64,000 nt of DNA from Eledone cirrhosa (taxonomy: Eukaryota), in assembly GCA_964016885.1 (NCBI GenBank), contig OZ024749.1, forward strand, positions 56,482,001 through 56,546,000. Reading direction: 5' to 3'. The notes beneath the pieces were generated by a model. The model was not told the origin of the DNA and made no database searches. It worked only from the letters and a program-made list of their open reading frames with translations. Both the position numbers and the translations under genes were made by a program. Below are positions 13,785 through 29,735 of this stretch, one piece after another; position 1 is the stretch's first letter; every line of letters begins with the position of its first letter.

Positions 13785-14050
13785 TTCCTTAGGAAAGGCA
13801 TCCAGCTGTAGAAAACCCGCCAGACAGTCCACGCTGTAATGTGGCCGTGTAGGCAACACGGTAAAAACCTCCCAGCCCCACACTGTAAATGTGGTTGGTA
13901 TTAGGAAGGGCATCCAACTGTAGAAAACCCACCAGACAGTCCTATGCGAGCAAGACAACCACTCTTGCCTCAAGTGGGAAAACCCCCGTCCAAACCCATG
14001 CAAGCGTGGAACACGGACGCTAAACCTGATGATGATGATGATGATGATGA
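13785..14050 (+). mobile_element. SINE family B 3' part
   Basis: aggaagggcatccaactgtagaaaa...aacccatgcaagcgtggaacacggacgctaaa(gat)n. Confidence 0.75.
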
Positions 14051-14051
14051 T

Positions 14052-14148
14052 ATATACAATATATTAACAAATGGAAACTATATTTGTAAAACCATATTTA
14101 TTTTATTATACATATTTCAAGGGCCACCAAGGCAAATTATGGTGCGCT

Positions 14149-14207
<59 letters not shown>

Positions 14208-14338
14208 AGAGGCAGAGTGAGAGAGAGAGAGAGAGAGAGAATACGCACCATAATTTGCCTTGGTGGCCCTTGAAATATGTATAATAAAATAAATATGGTT
14301 TTACAAATATAGTTTCCATTTGTTAATATATTGTATAT
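14052..14338. repeat. perfect 95-bp inverted repeat around a (CT)n-(TA)n-(GA)n spacer
   Basis: 14052-14146 is the exact reverse complement of 14244-14338. Confidence 0.95.
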
Positions 14339-14424
14339 TTACTCCAATTATCTGTTGAGTGCTTTATATCAGTTATAAAAATATTTTTAAGCTTGTTGTA
14401 TCCCAACAAATTAAATATAACCTC

Positions 14425-14489
<65 letters not shown>

Positions 14490-15117
14490 CCTATCAAATT
14501 TTATATATGTGTGTATATATAGGGGGCATCCCCTCCTCTAAAAAAAATGAACCACCTGCTAATATATACCAGTTCAACTAACATGATCTAAAAGAAACAG
14601 TATATATTAGGTATTAGGCTCACAGCCAGCCAACCAACCATAGCCAGTGAACCTAACAGCTATGGAAACCCTCACCAACACCACCATTAACACCACCACC
14701 ACCAACAACAACAACAACACTATCAACGCCACCACCAACAACAACAACAACAACACTATCAACGCCACCACCAACGCCATCTATCTATCTACTGGTGGTA
14801 ATCTGAAAGAATGCCATTTCAAAATAGCGCCACAGCCATCTAATCAACTGCCCACCTGCAGACAAAACACACCTCAACAACAACAACAACAGACAATAAA
14901 ACATAATACAAAGAACAAAGACCAAAAAACTGACAAATGGGGGAGGATGGAAGGGGCCAGTGTGGGGGGGGGGCCTTCATTATAGAGTGGTTTTTGTGAA
15001 ATTAACAAAAAAAAAAACAATAAAAACAAATATATATAGTATATAATAAAATAAAAGAAATATATAAGCAATGGCAGCTGAGGGGAAAGATGGAAGATAA
15101 GAGACACCATGGCTGTT

Positions 15118-15131
15118 GTTGCCACGGAAAC
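15118..15131. promoter_or_regulatory. RFX X-box-like motif
   Basis: GTTGCCACGGAAAC, 12/14 match to GTTGCCATGGCAAC. Confidence 0.4.
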
Positions 15132-15193
15132 ACTGGAAATGAAAGTGAAATAGAAATGAGAAAGAAAACCTTGAGGAAATAAAAGCAGAAAGT

Positions 15194-15228
<35 letters not shown>

Positions 15229-16104
15229 CGACAGACAGACAGACAGGCAGGCGGACAGACAGACAGACAGACAGACTGAGGGAATGACAGGGACTTTACC
15301 ATTATTGTAATTAATCTTTTAACAATATGACGCTGTGGTTGTGGTGGGCTCAATGTAATGTATATATATATGGTGTGTATATATATATGGTGTGTATATA
15401 TATATGGTGTGTATATATATATGGTGTATATATATATATGGTGTGTATATATATATGGTGTATATATATATGGTGTATATATATATATGGTGTATATATA
15501 TATATATGGTATATATATATATGGTGTGTATATATATATATGGTGTATATATATATATATATGGTGTGTATATATGTATGGTGTATATATATATATGGTG
15601 TATATATATATGGTGTATATATATACACAGGGATACCTAGGGTCCTTTACATTATCATTTCAGGTGAGACAATGATCACTCCAGGTATTAGATGTATCAC
15701 CATAATCATCATTTACAGGTGTGCACACACACTCATCTCTCTCTCTATATATATCTATATGTATATATATACATAGCATATACATATATGTGTATTTATA
15801 TATCTGTGTGAGTGTGTGTATATCTATATGTGTCTTAGTATGTGTGTGTGTATATAAATATATGTATACATACATACACTTACTAAGACACACAATACTG
15901 GAGTATATAGGAAATAATACCATCATACTATCATAATGCAGTCTTCACAGCCCCAAATATAAGGAACCTAGTTTTGTTATTACTTTTACCACCAGATGTC
16001 ACTAGTGTATATTCAATCAATTTCCACTATGGGGTTTTTTTTTTTAATATCGTTTTTCTCCAGTTTATTTTTCCTTTCAGAATTATCGTGAAAACCCAAA
16101 TAGT

Positions 16105-16300
16105 AATAATAATTATTTCTACTTTTGGCACAAGGCTAGCAATTACCCAGTACATTACTGGTACTTTATTTTATTGACCTCGTAAGGATGAAAGGCAAAA
16201 TTAACCTTGGCGGGATTTGAACTCAGAATGGCAAGAGCCGTAACTCTATGTGTCAAAGCATGGCGTCCGACCCTCTACTGATACTGCCAATCCACTGCTA
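16105..16300 (-). mobile_element. SINE family A; further partial copies to 16600
   Basis: Reverse complement of the family A body and boxes. Confidence 0.8.
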
Positions 16301-17210
16301 AATAGTAATAATAATAATATTGATTACTGATTTAGGGTCAACGCCAATAACAGGGGGAGGGGGGGGGGGTCGACGCCAGTGCATAACTGGTATTTTCTTT
16401 TATCAACCCTGTAAGAATGAGAAGAAAAGCTAACTTCGGTGGGATTTGAAGATAATACTGGTTTCTCATTTAAGCACAAGGCCAACAATCTTAGTGGGAG
16501 GGAAAAATTGATTAAATTGACCCCAGTGCATTACTGGTACTTTATTTTATCAACCCCGTATGGATGAAAAGGAAAGCTAACCTCAGTAGGATTTGAAAAA
16601 TAGCTTTGGGTTTGTTCTAGATGTATTTATGTTGAGGTTTAGGCAATTAACAGTCTTATTCATGAATATGTATATCATACCTTGATACCGTTGTGGACTG
16701 AGATAACTGTTGACAGAGCTGTGGCATAAGTGTCCCTTAGTGGATTAGATCATAGTTCCATTTGTGTTCATAGATATTTTTAGATGTATTTACGTTCAGA
16801 TTTAGGCAATTGATGGTCTTATTCACATATATAAATATATACGGAATATGTGTTCCTTTAACAGCACAGACTATGAAACTGCTAATTCCATAATGTCCAA
16901 CTAAAACTGTATTAAAATATATAAAATATATATAAAATACCTCTAGGTTTGCATATTAAGGGTTCATTCCTTTGTAATATGAAATCAAGGAGGTATATAT
17001 ATGTATGTGTGTCTGTATATATGTATATATCATCATCATAGTAGATAAATAAAAATATATATACATACACACACATATAAATATATATGTGTAGACACAC
17101 ACAGAAGTTTATTACAAGATTAATAAATTTTCTGCAAGAAGCAGAAAAGCAGAGTGCAAACATTTCATTTTGGAAATATTAATGGGTGAAAGGGAAGAAC
17201 AAGAAAACAA

Positions 17211-17268
<58 letters not shown>

Positions 17269-17359
17269 AAGGAAGGAAAGAAAGAAGTGCTAAATAGCTA
17301 ATTTGCCAAGAGCTCTCGAGAAAAGGAAGCATAACATGTGAAAGTCATGCAGGTTCTTC

Positions 17360-18890
17360 ACATACACACACACATACATATATACACACACTGATACATA
17401 TATACACACTGATACATATACACACACAGAGATACATGGAAACATACACACACACTGATACATATATACACACACAGATACATATATACACACACAGATA
17501 CATATACACACACTGATACATATATACACACAACACTGATACATGTAAACACACACTGATGCATATATACACACACTGACACATATATACACATATATAT
17601 ATATACACACACAGATACATATACACACACAGATACATATATACACACACTGATATATATATACACACACTGACACATATCTACATACAAATATATATAC
17701 ACACACAGATACATATATACACACACTGATACATATACACACACACAGAGATACATGGAAACATACACAGACACACACATATACACATACTCACAGAGAT
17801 ACATGCAAATACACACAGATACATACATAAACTCACTCGCACATACATATATACACACAGATACATGTAAACACACATATATACACACATACATATACTC
17901 ACTTACACAGATATATATATACACACAGACATGCACAGAGATAGATGCAAACAGTCACATATATATACTCATTCACACATGTACACACACAGGTATTCAC
18001 ACATATACATGCAAACATACACATACACAGATACATATATATACACACAGACCCACATACACAGACACACATACACACACAGATCCACACATACAGATCC
18101 ACACATACAGATCCATACACACAGATCCACACACACAGACCCACATACACAGATCCACACACACAGACACACATACACAGATCCACACACAGATCCATAC
18201 ACACAGACACACATACACAGATCCATACACACAGACACACATACACAGATCCACACACACAGACACACATACACAGATCCACACACACAGATCCATACAC
18301 ACAGACACACATACACAGATCCATACACACAGACCCACATACACAGATCCACACACACAGACACACATACACAGATCCACACACAGAGACACACACACAC
18401 AGATCCACACACACAGACACACACACACAGATCCACACACACAGACACACACACACAGATCCACACACAGATCCACACACACAGACACACATACACAGAT
18501 CCACACACAGATCCACACACACATACACAGATCCACACACACAGACACACATACACAGATCCACACACAGATCCATACACACAGACACACATACACAGAT
18601 CCACACACACAGACACACATACACAGATCCATACACACAGACACACATACACAGATCCACACACACAGACACACATACACAGATCCACACACAGACACAG
18701 ATCCATACACACAGATCCATACACAGACCCACATACACAGACACACATACACAGACCCACATACACAGACACACATACACAGACCCACATACACAGATCC
18801 ACACACACAGATCCACACACACAGATCCACATACACATACACATACACAGATCCACACACACAGATCCATACTTAGACAGACATACAGAC
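17360..18890. repeat. degenerate (CA)n-derived satellite
   Basis: cacacagatc / cacatacacaga motifs over 1.5 kb. Confidence 0.9.
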
Positions 18891-21839
18891 AGATGAAGAT
18901 TTCAAAAGAAACCTCCAAGTTACTGCAGCTACAGCGCCATCTTTGAAGTTCCCCCTTTGAAGTTGAAAGAGAAAGCCACATTAAGATTCTCTCTCCTGTT
19001 TAATTCCACAAGAATTTCTGGGGTTTTTTGGTTCTCTTCTCCATTTTTGCATATACAAAATTCTGAAACCCCCCACCCCCTCACCCAGCCGTACTATTTT
19101 TTTGTTGTTTAATATGCAATGCTTTGTTAAAATTACATGTATATATATATACACATATTATATTGTGTAGATATAATATATATACCCTATGTTTATAAGC
19201 TCTCCATGTATATATTAGATACTTATAGTGTGTGTCTGTCTCTCTCTCTGTATATATATATATATATATACACACACATACATGAGTGTGTGTGAGAAGT
19301 AAACAGAAAAAACACAATAGATGATGAAGTTTAATGAAAATATATATTAGTTTTTCGCTTAATATATTAGTAAAGATTTTAACATTTTGGTCACTAGTTC
19401 AGCATCAGAAAATAGAATGAGAAATTAAAGAAGAAATAAAAAGATAGAGAAAAGTGAGATAAGGCAAAATGAAAAAAATTTCTTCAAGAAAAAGCAGGTC
19501 TGTTCATTTTGCTATCTCTTGGAAAACTGTTGATAAGTGCATTTATAGTGTAGGAAGTTCATTTTTTGAAAGGCTAAATATATATATATATATATATATA
19601 TAGTTACTTAAGTGTGGTTTTGTATAACTAACAAATATGCCCTCGATATGTAACTAGGGGTAATTTATATATTTTAATACATGGTATTAGTTCCACTCTA
19701 AAAAAACTGTCAGTTTTAAAGACATATTACCCAAAATAAAAAAATATATTCTCCATTAGAAATATGAACATTCTGACCACCTAGCCATGCCAACTACAAT
19801 GTCAGCATGATCTGAAACACAGCCCCATCTCAGTGATTCTTCTTTCCTATTATCATCTCTTCGTCTCAGAGAATTAACTAGCTAGATATGACCAAGCTAA
19901 CTTTCTCCCTTGGGTTCTCTCCAATGCCATCTTAAATCAATTTTTCATCCAACAAGTATCATTTGTCCTGATCACCTATCCACATTATCATGTATAAATA
20001 TTTCATATTTAAACAGTTTCATGGTTCGTTTTGATATCATTAAGACCTTAAAGTCAAGGTTTTAACAAACCTATATATGATTGATCACAATTATATTGCT
20101 GACCTATCAAAATAGCTAGCGTCATCATTGGTATTATCATCATCATCATATTCTCATTATCAAATATCTAATCATCATCATCATCATTGTCATCATCATC
20201 TCATACACAGACATCAAATCATCATGTCCTCAATCACAAACATATAATCATCATCATCATCATATTCTAATTCAAAAACATCTAACCACCACCACCATCA
20301 TCATCATCATCACCACCACCACCACCACCACCATATTCTAATTCACAAACATCTAATCATCATCATTATCTCACTGACAGACATCTAGTCATCATCATCA
20401 TAATCATCTTCATCATTCTGTTCTCAATCACAAACATCTAACCATCATCATCCTCATCTCCTCACTGAGAGAATCTAGTTATCATCATCATCATCAACAT
20501 TGCCATCATCATCAACTTCATCAGCTTGTCCTCATTCACAGATATCTAATCATCATCATGACTATCATCATCATCTCACTCAAACACCCCATCACCACCA
20601 TCATCACCATCACCATCATCATCACCATCATCACCATCACCATCACCATCACCATCAGGTTATACTTGCCAGTTGTCATTGTTCATATCGATATTACTTT
20701 TCACATCAGAAAAGATATTTCCAGCATTTCTCACATTCTGTGTGTATATATGTGTGTATATACATGTATGTGTGTACATGTATACGCATATATATGTGTA
20801 TATGTGTATGCATGTATGTGTATATATGTGTATGTATGTATATGTGTGTGTAAATATATATATATATATACACACACATATATGAATAAAACATTTTTTA
20901 TGATTGTTTGCTCTACCTCATTTACTGGCATAAGATAGTGAATATGTGTGTGTGTGTATGTGTGTATTTTCGTTAATGGAGTATCATTTATTACAGTATA
21001 AGTATGAATATTTTCACATACCTATATATATATATATATATCATCATCATCATCATATATATATCATCATCATCATATATATATATATATCATTATCGTC
21101 ATTATATATATTTATATCATCATCGTCATTATATATATATATATATATACTATTAGGGATACAGTCTATTATAAATGACAGGTACTTAAAATATGAGACA
21201 AAGAGCACCTAGTCTACTCTGCAAGGTGGTTGTGTTGGTGCCATGACTAAACCAGCAATTTCTATGGACTTACTAAAATGCATAAAAACAAACTGATAAG
21301 TGATGCATGCAAAAACTCTACAACCAAATACATTTAGTTACCACCACTAGATTTGAAATTAAGACTAGTTATAGCATGCTGAAAAATGTCACAGAGTCGA
21401 AGGTGAGGGTCAGGTGAAAACCAGTGTACCTGTCCATCTCTAAGAATGCGGGTCACATGAAACAACCAGGAGGATTCATGTCATGAAGAGCATCTGGCTA
21501 TAAAACATTGCCTGAAAAAGTCTCATCCAACCCATTCTAGCAAAAAAACGTTAATGTAAAGAATTTATACATATTTATGTACATATACATATATATATAT
21601 ATGCATATACTACAAATATACATACATACACACATATATATATATATAATAATAATAGTAATAAATGAAAGATATATACTTTATATCATCTCTATTTATT
21701 TTATCATATATATTTTGAAGATGCAAAGTTTTTTGTATAACATAAACCAAAGTACAGCCTCTTCAGACAAAATAGATGTATAATTTTTCCAAGACATGCT
21801 GGTAGACAAATAAGCTGGACAGATGGGTGACCAACAAGC

Positions 21840-21878
<39 letters not shown>

Positions 21879-22171
21879 AATCTATAAATATAGCATTGAT
21901 TGATTGATAAATATCCTAATTATTTTGCAAGTAGTATATATATATATATATATGTGTGATAAATAGTATATAGATGATAAAAGAGGAGGATATGTGGAAA
22001 ACATGATATAAAATGGCTGAAAGAAAATAAAAAAAAAGAAATGTGTTCTTACTATTTTAAAAAGAGTGAGAGGGAGAGATGAGCTGGGGGAGGAGGGGAG
22101 AAGTAGAATGACAAAACAAAAATCAATGAATGTGTCAAGGAATGGCTCTACAAATATGTATGTATAAATTC

Positions 22172-22202
<31 letters not shown>

Positions 22203-23154
22203 AAAAAATATATATATATGTATATATATATGCATATATATATGCATATGTATATATATATGTATATATACATAAATATATATATACGTATATATACATA
22301 AATCTATATATATATATATATGTATACATATAAATATATATACATAAATATATATGAACAAATATATATGTGTGTGTATGCATATATATATATACATAAA
22401 TATATATATACATAGATATATATATATATACACACATAAATATGCATGTATACATACACATATATATAGATATATGTGTATATATTCACCAATTTGCCCC
22501 ATTCATGTAACTTTTAGTTCAATTCACAGTTATTTATGTAATTCACTGCTTTAGAGATTGAATACAAATCAGGGGGAGATAAATAGATAAATAAATATAT
22601 CAAAACATTTTTCCAACCACCACCAACGACCTCCACCCTCCCCACTACCCCCACCATCAAAACAAAAACAAAAAATATATATTTTATATAAAAATAAAAA
22701 TAAAAATAAGTATAAGGTGAAGCAAAATACAATAAAAAAAATATTTTGAAACTATAAACACCAATCATAGACAAACACACACATAAAAAAAAATGAGAAA
22801 TGTAGGAAAATGTAGGTGGATGGGGACTGTGATGTGTGAGAGGTAGGCCCTTATAATCTGAATTAATGAATGATTACAGGAAAATTTGTCAATTGTTACA
22901 GCAATGTTTCCAACTAGAGAGATGTCAGTCCAAAGGAGGAGGGGGGGGGGGCTGCTCAGCCACCACACCCCAAAACTCCCCCACTCCCACCAACCCACCA
23001 CAAAACCTAAGCAAAGTAAAAAAAAAAAAGAAAAACACTCGTTATAAGAAATAAAAGAAATTAAAATTGATAAAAAAAATAGACAAACAAAATGATTGAT
23101 AATCACTTTGGTGTGTGGGGGTGGGGGAGTTGACAAGGTGGTATTAGTAAACAA

Positions 23155-24419
23155 TGGTGTGGTGGTGGTGGTGGGGATGGTGATAATGAGGGTGGTGGTG
23201 ATGGTTAGAACCATGATGGTGATAATGATGGTGGTGGTTGTGGTGATTATGGTGGTGGTGGTGGTGGTGGTGATAATGATGATGGTGGTGGTGATGGGAA
23301 TGGTTAGAATCATGATTGGTGATGGTGGTGGTGGTGGTGGCAGTTGTGGTGATAATAATGGTGGTGGTGGTGGTGGTGAGTGTGGTGGTGGTGGTGGTGA
23401 TAATGATGATGGTGGTGGTGATGGTGGGAATGGTTAGAATCATGATTGGTGATAGTGGTGGTGGCGGTCGTGGTGATAATAATGGTGGTGGTGGTGGTGG
23501 TGATTATGGTGGTGGTGGTGGTGATAATGATGATGGTGGTGGTGATGGTGGGAATGGTTAGAATCATGATTGGTGATAGTGGTGGTGGCGGTCGTGGTGA
23601 TAATAATGGTGGTGGTGGTGGTGGTGATTATGGTGGTGGTGGTGGTGATAATGATGATGGTGGTGGTGATGGTGGGAATGGTTAGAATCATGATTGGTGA
23701 TAGTGGTGGTGGCGGTCGTGGTGATAATAATGGTGGTGGTGGTGGTCGTGGTGATAATAATGGTGGTGGTGGCGGTCGTGGTGATAATAATGGTGGTGGT
23801 GGCGGTCGTGGTGATAATAATGGTGGTGGTGGTGGTGGAAGTGGTAGCGATAATGGTGGAGGAGATAATGATGGTGGTGGTGGTGGTGGTGGTGTTGATG
23901 GAGGTGGTGGTGGTGATTGTAGTTAATGACGGTGATGACAACAATGATGATAATAAATGGTGATAACGGTGATAATGATGGCAATAACAAGGATGATGAT
24001 GATGATGATGACAGTGCTGAGGATAATGATGATGGTGATGATGATGGTGATGATGATGATGGCGATGATGATGACAGTGCTGATGATGGTGACAATGGTG
24101 ATGATAGTGACAATGGTGATGATGGTGATGGTGGTGACAATGGTGATGATGACGGCGATGATGATGATATTGATGATGGTGATGATGATGATGATGGCGA
24201 TGATGATGATGATGGTGGTGGTGATGATGGTGGTGACAATGGTTATGATGGCGGCGGTGATGATGATAATGGTAGCACTGAGGACAATAAGGGGGATGAT
24301 GTCAATGATGATGATGTGTATGGTGATGATAACAATACTAATGTTCATAATGATGATGATGATGATGACAACTGCAGTGATGGTGATGATGATGGTGATG
24401 ATGATGATGATGATGGCGG

Positions 24420-24457
<38 letters not shown>

Positions 24458-24461
24458 GCGG

Positions 24462-24508
<47 letters not shown>

Positions 24509-24660
24509 GTGGTAGTGGTGGTGGTGGCAAAGATGATGATGGTGATGGCAGTGATGGTGTTGGTGATAATGATGATAACAATGAGATGATGATGTCAGTG
24601 ACGATGATGATGGTGGTGATGATGTCAGTGATGATCATGATGATAACAATGATGATGATA
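23155..24660. repeat. (GGT/GAT)n low-complexity tract with a 124-bp higher-order repeat
   Basis: aatggttagaatcatgattggtgat recurs at about 23299, 23429, 23553 and 23677. Confidence 0.9.
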
Positions 24661-25148
24661 GGTGTGAGTGGAGTGGAGAGGGGTGGGGGTCGGGGGTAGC
24701 AAGAAGCAAAAGAAAAAAAAACAAGAAAAAAACCCAAACAAGCTATTTTTTAGTGAATAGGCTTTAATGATGTAAAATATCTACCAGCTTAGCTTCCTGG
24801 GGTGCTTACTTAAGTATCAGTGGAAATATGTTAAGAATGCCCTCCCCCATGGATTCTCAAAGACTGGAACTAAGAGGGGGCGGGGGCGAGGATTGGAACT
24901 GGTTTATTTCAGTTAAAAGCATTCCACCTGGGAATAAGAGAGTGTCTCACAAACAAAAATAAAACAAAAGCAAAAAGTATTTCTTGTTGTTTTGCTTGTT
25001 TTTATATATATATATATATATAAATATATTTATATATATATATATATATATAAATATATTTATATATATATATATATAAAAATATATTTATATATATATA
25101 TATATATATAAATATATTTATATATATATATATATATATATATAAATA

Positions 25149-25184
<36 letters not shown>

Positions 25185-25278
25185 TATTTATTTTTTACCT
25201 GAATGAAATCAAAAAAAAAAAAAGCAAGCTATCATGCCTACTTCAATCACAAACTTTATTGCCAATTGGTGTGTCGTT

Positions 25279-25319
<41 letters not shown>

Positions 25320-25447
25320 TCTTTATATACATCTATCTGCACATCTCTCTCTCTCTAAATATATATATATATATGCCTGTCTGTGTGCGAGTTAGTGTAC
25401 ATACATGTATGTTTATATGTGCCTGTTACATAGTGTGCATGTGTGTG

Positions 25448-25481
<34 letters not shown>

Positions 25482-25989
25482 TATATATTTCAAAACTTTC
25501 TATTTACAGAAAACCAAATGACAAAACTTTTTTAACAGATTTGTGTGTGCATGTGTGTATACATGTGTGTACATGTCTGTGTGTATATATGTGTGTATTT
25601 ACATGTCTGTGTACATGTGCAAGTGTGTATAGATGCAAACAAATACATGTTTTCACTTGCCACTGTGATACAATAGAGCTGTGAGGTTTAAATTAACCTA
25701 TTTGTTGTGCTATTTCTGCTGAAAGACACTGTGGAGGATTTTAAAGTCATTTTTTTTTTCTTAAAGTAACCAAGAATTTAGAATGATTTAATAATATAAC
25801 TAACTTTCTCGTAATTCAACAAGGAGTGGCCTATTGGCAGAATCGGTAGAGTGTCGGGCAAAATGGTTTGCAGGATTTAGTCATGGTTCTTCTTTATGTT
25901 CTGAGTTCAAATCTTGTCTTGGTCAGCTTGGCCTTTTATTTTGCCAGTGTTGATAAGATTAAGTACCTGATAAGTATTGGTTTGGGGTG

Positions 25990-26340
25990 TGTAGTGAAAT
26001 CATGGCAAAAAACACCCAGCCCACACTGTAAAGTGGTCATGTAGGTGACATGGCAAAAGCACCTAGTATTCACTGTAAAGTGGTCGTGTAGGTGACATGG
26101 TAAAAGCACCTAGTATTCACTGTAAAGTGGTCGTGTAGGTGACATGATAAACAGCACCCAGCCCTCACTGTAAATGAAGTTAGCAGCAGGAAGGGCTTCT
26201 AGATGTAGAAACCAAGCCAAAATCAGTTCTGTATGAGCAAGATATGATCACCTGACCTGGCATTTCTCACAACAGGACAACTCGTCTAACCCATGCTAAC
26301 ATGGAAAAATGGATGCTAAATGATGATGATGATGATGATA
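25990..26340 (+). mobile_element. SINE family B 3' part with internal tandem repeat; a family A copy precedes it at about 25825-25980
   Basis: cactgtaaagtggtcgtgtaggtgacatgg x3, RTE-type tail, (gat)n. Confidence 0.75.
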
Positions 26341-26760
26341 TAGATATATCGTCATCATTTAAAGACCACTTTCTTACTAGCAAGGCCTTGATGGGTCTAC
26401 ATAGATCATGTTAATACTGAAGTGGGGCTTCTTACCTCCAGGACAAACTGAGGGGCCTGTATATCGCTTACGTACGGCCATATCAAATGCAGAGAAGTCA
26501 TCTTTTGACACAAACAGTGGATGTTTTCTATTTACACTCATGCACATAAAGACATGCATTCACTGCACAATTTAAATTTTATGTTAAAATAAGTCAACTA
26601 TTTCTAATGAGATATCAATAACCAATATAAACGATAAATTTCTTTTAAAATTTAACTCGACCAAATTCTATAATCTTTCTTAAAAATAATACGATGCTGG
26701 TTATGTGAGGTGTGTATGTATGTATATATATATATACATACACACATATACACACACATA

Positions 26761-26796
<36 letters not shown>

Positions 26797-26905
26797 AATA
26801 TTTACCTACATATATATACATAAACAAGTGTGTATGAATGGATGTGTGTCTGCATCATCATCATCACATATATGTGTATATATATATATATATCACACAT
26901 ACACC

Positions 26906-26950
<45 letters not shown>

Positions 26951-27320
26951 ATTACATCTATTCCTTTAATAAACTAAATGGTCCATTGATATTTTATATC
27001 ATAGAATATATATTTCTTTGAAGAGATCAATAATATGTATATACACCAACTGTATGTATATGTATATACACCAACTGTATGTATATGTATATACACCAAC
27101 TGTATGTATATGTATATACACCAATTATGTTGTCTGATGACTATTTTTTTATTCTTTTTATTCTTCTTTGTTTTCTTTTTTACTGCATCTCAAAAATGAT
27201 ATAAATTTATTTGGAAAATAGGCAATGTACAATTAATAGAATTAACAAATATAATATTCTATAGCAAAATATACTGTGTATATATATATATGTGTCTGTG
27301 TGTGTGTGTGTGTATGCATG

Positions 27321-27355
<35 letters not shown>

Positions 27356-27441
27356 ATATACATATATGTATGTGTGTGTCTGTGTGTGTGAGTATGTATG
27401 TATATAAATATGTATTTACCTTTATATGTATCTCTCTCTCA

Positions 27442-27508
<67 letters not shown>

Positions 27509-27634
27509 TTTATTTATTTATATGCATATTATTTATATAATATAATATATACATATATGTATTTATATATATATACATATATTTGTTTATTTATTTATAT
27601 ATTATATATACAATATAATATATATACATATATG

Positions 27635-27673
<39 letters not shown>

Positions 27674-27674
27674 C

Positions 27675-27708
<34 letters not shown>

Positions 27709-28499
27709 ACAAATCATTTCATTTAATCTTTACAAATAGACTAAACAAACTGAAAATATTAATAAAATATTAGTTTGCAATCAGATAGCATATTCTAACA
27801 AAACAAAGAAAGCAAATGTTTTAAATCTCTATTTGAACACTTCAATTTAATTTTATTTATTAGGTTTAGGAAGTATGCTATGTTTGAACATCGAGAAAAC
27901 ATGCTTTTTTTTTTTTTACTTTTATTTTGTTGATCAAGCTTTCTGGAGGGGTTTGGGGTTGTTTTTGATAGTTTTTTTACAGGAATTTTTTTTTTTTCAA
28001 AATCTAGAATAGAAGAATTGGAATACCAAATTTAACACTTTAACAAGGAATTTTATTTATTGTGTCAACCACTGTGACGTTTAATGTCCAAAATATAAAA
28101 TACAGATCAACTGTAAAAAGATAAATAATTTAATTTAAATAAAAATAGAGAGAGAGAGAGAGAGAGAAAGAGATAGGGCGAGAAAGCTTTCAACAGCTTT
28201 TTAACTGAGGTGTGTAAAGTTTGATCCAACAAACCCATTTACAACAATTAATCTACATTAAGGAATTAGTGTTAGGATAGGTAAACACCATTTTTTATAT
28301 AAATTATTTTTATAGATGAATTCACCTATTATATGCAGGTGTGGTGAGCTGTGTATATTCTACCCATTAGATAAAGCAAAATGAATGTTTCAACTTCGAT
28401 GGAGAGATGACTCAGGAAGAAAAAGAATTGAATAAAGTATAGACTTCATTTCCTAAAAGAATATGAACCTACCCCAAAATTCTGTAGATTTGTTTGTCA

Positions 28500-28700
28500 T
28501 TCATTCATCATCATTCATTCATCATCATTTTACGTCCGCTTTTCCCTGCTTGCAAGGGTGGGACGGGTCCTATTTAGCACAGCATCTCTCCACTTGTCAC
28601 GGTCCTTCGTCATCTCCTCCATGAGTTTCAGCAATCTGAGGTCTGCTCTCACCACCTCCGCCCATGTTTTTCGTGGTCTTCCTTTACTGCGTATCCTTCT
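28500..28700 (-). mobile_element. RTE-clade LINE 3' end, truncated
   Basis: Reverse complement of the same GRPRKTW.EVVRADL tail. Confidence 0.75.
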
Positions 28701-29497
28701 ATTGTCATTGTTCTATTCAAATTTCTTTGATCTGTATGAGCAAGACACATCTGATCTGACTTGTCTCACAACAAGGCAACTCATTTAACCCATACTAATG
28801 AGGAAAATAGAACATTAAACAGTGGTGGTGATATAACTGAATCAACAAAATTTCAGACTTCTTTCGCTTACCAAATGGGTTGGTTTTCATCAGATCGGAC
28901 CAAGGAAACAATGTTTCCATTGCTCTTTCCACTTGCTAAATACTAACTACTGGTCGCAACATATATTAATTATGAATCAGAATGAGAAGTTTGAAACAAA
29001 AGTATGTATTTAGAGGAGATATTCTCCAAATATAACAACTTCCAACATAGATACCATGGGAATAAATATGAAGGAAATTATGGGAATTAATTCACCATCC
29101 CCAGTGTTTCAGTTCTGAATAGATAAGAGACAGAATTTGAACTGAAAACGTAGATTAAACTAACTTGATCCTTGGCTACTTTTTAATTGAGCTCACACTA
29201 TTGCAAGCATTTGAACGAAGATTTTGAGTTGGGGATACTTTCCAGCAAGTCTTAGAGACCCTTGAAAAGATCACAGACATTACCTTTTGTCCTGACTAAC
29301 CAATTAATAAAAAATGAAAATATAAACTTATATTTTTATAAACTTTATATAAAGCTAGCTGGCAGTGGCCATGCTGGAGTAACAGCACCAATTACGGATT
29401 CAAACTTAAAATACTTAACGGCAAGATATTACTCATTATGTATTAAATAAATATCTGCAAAGAACCTTCATATAAATGTGTGTATGTATGCAAGTGA

Positions 29498-29539
<42 letters not shown>

Positions 29540-29704
29540 ATATAAAACAAAACGAAGTAAACCACAAATCTTCTGAACCACTTATTATATATATATATAT
29601 ATATACTTATGTATGTATATGAATATTCACAAAGAATGTATTAGACTTTTCTTTCAAAATAAAAATAAAATTAATTACTGAAAAGAAAAATATTTCCTTT
29701 TTCT

Positions 29705-29735
<31 letters not shown>

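Noticed and set aside
23096-24737. Gly/Asp-rich 257-aa ORF resembling an acidic matrix protein
   Set aside because: (GAT/GGT)n simple repeat, open in multiple frames; the higher-order unit is 124 bp (not a multiple of 3); no signal peptide or splice support.
28852-28898. CTGATGA...GAAA on the minus strand
   Set aside because: Stems I and III do not form.
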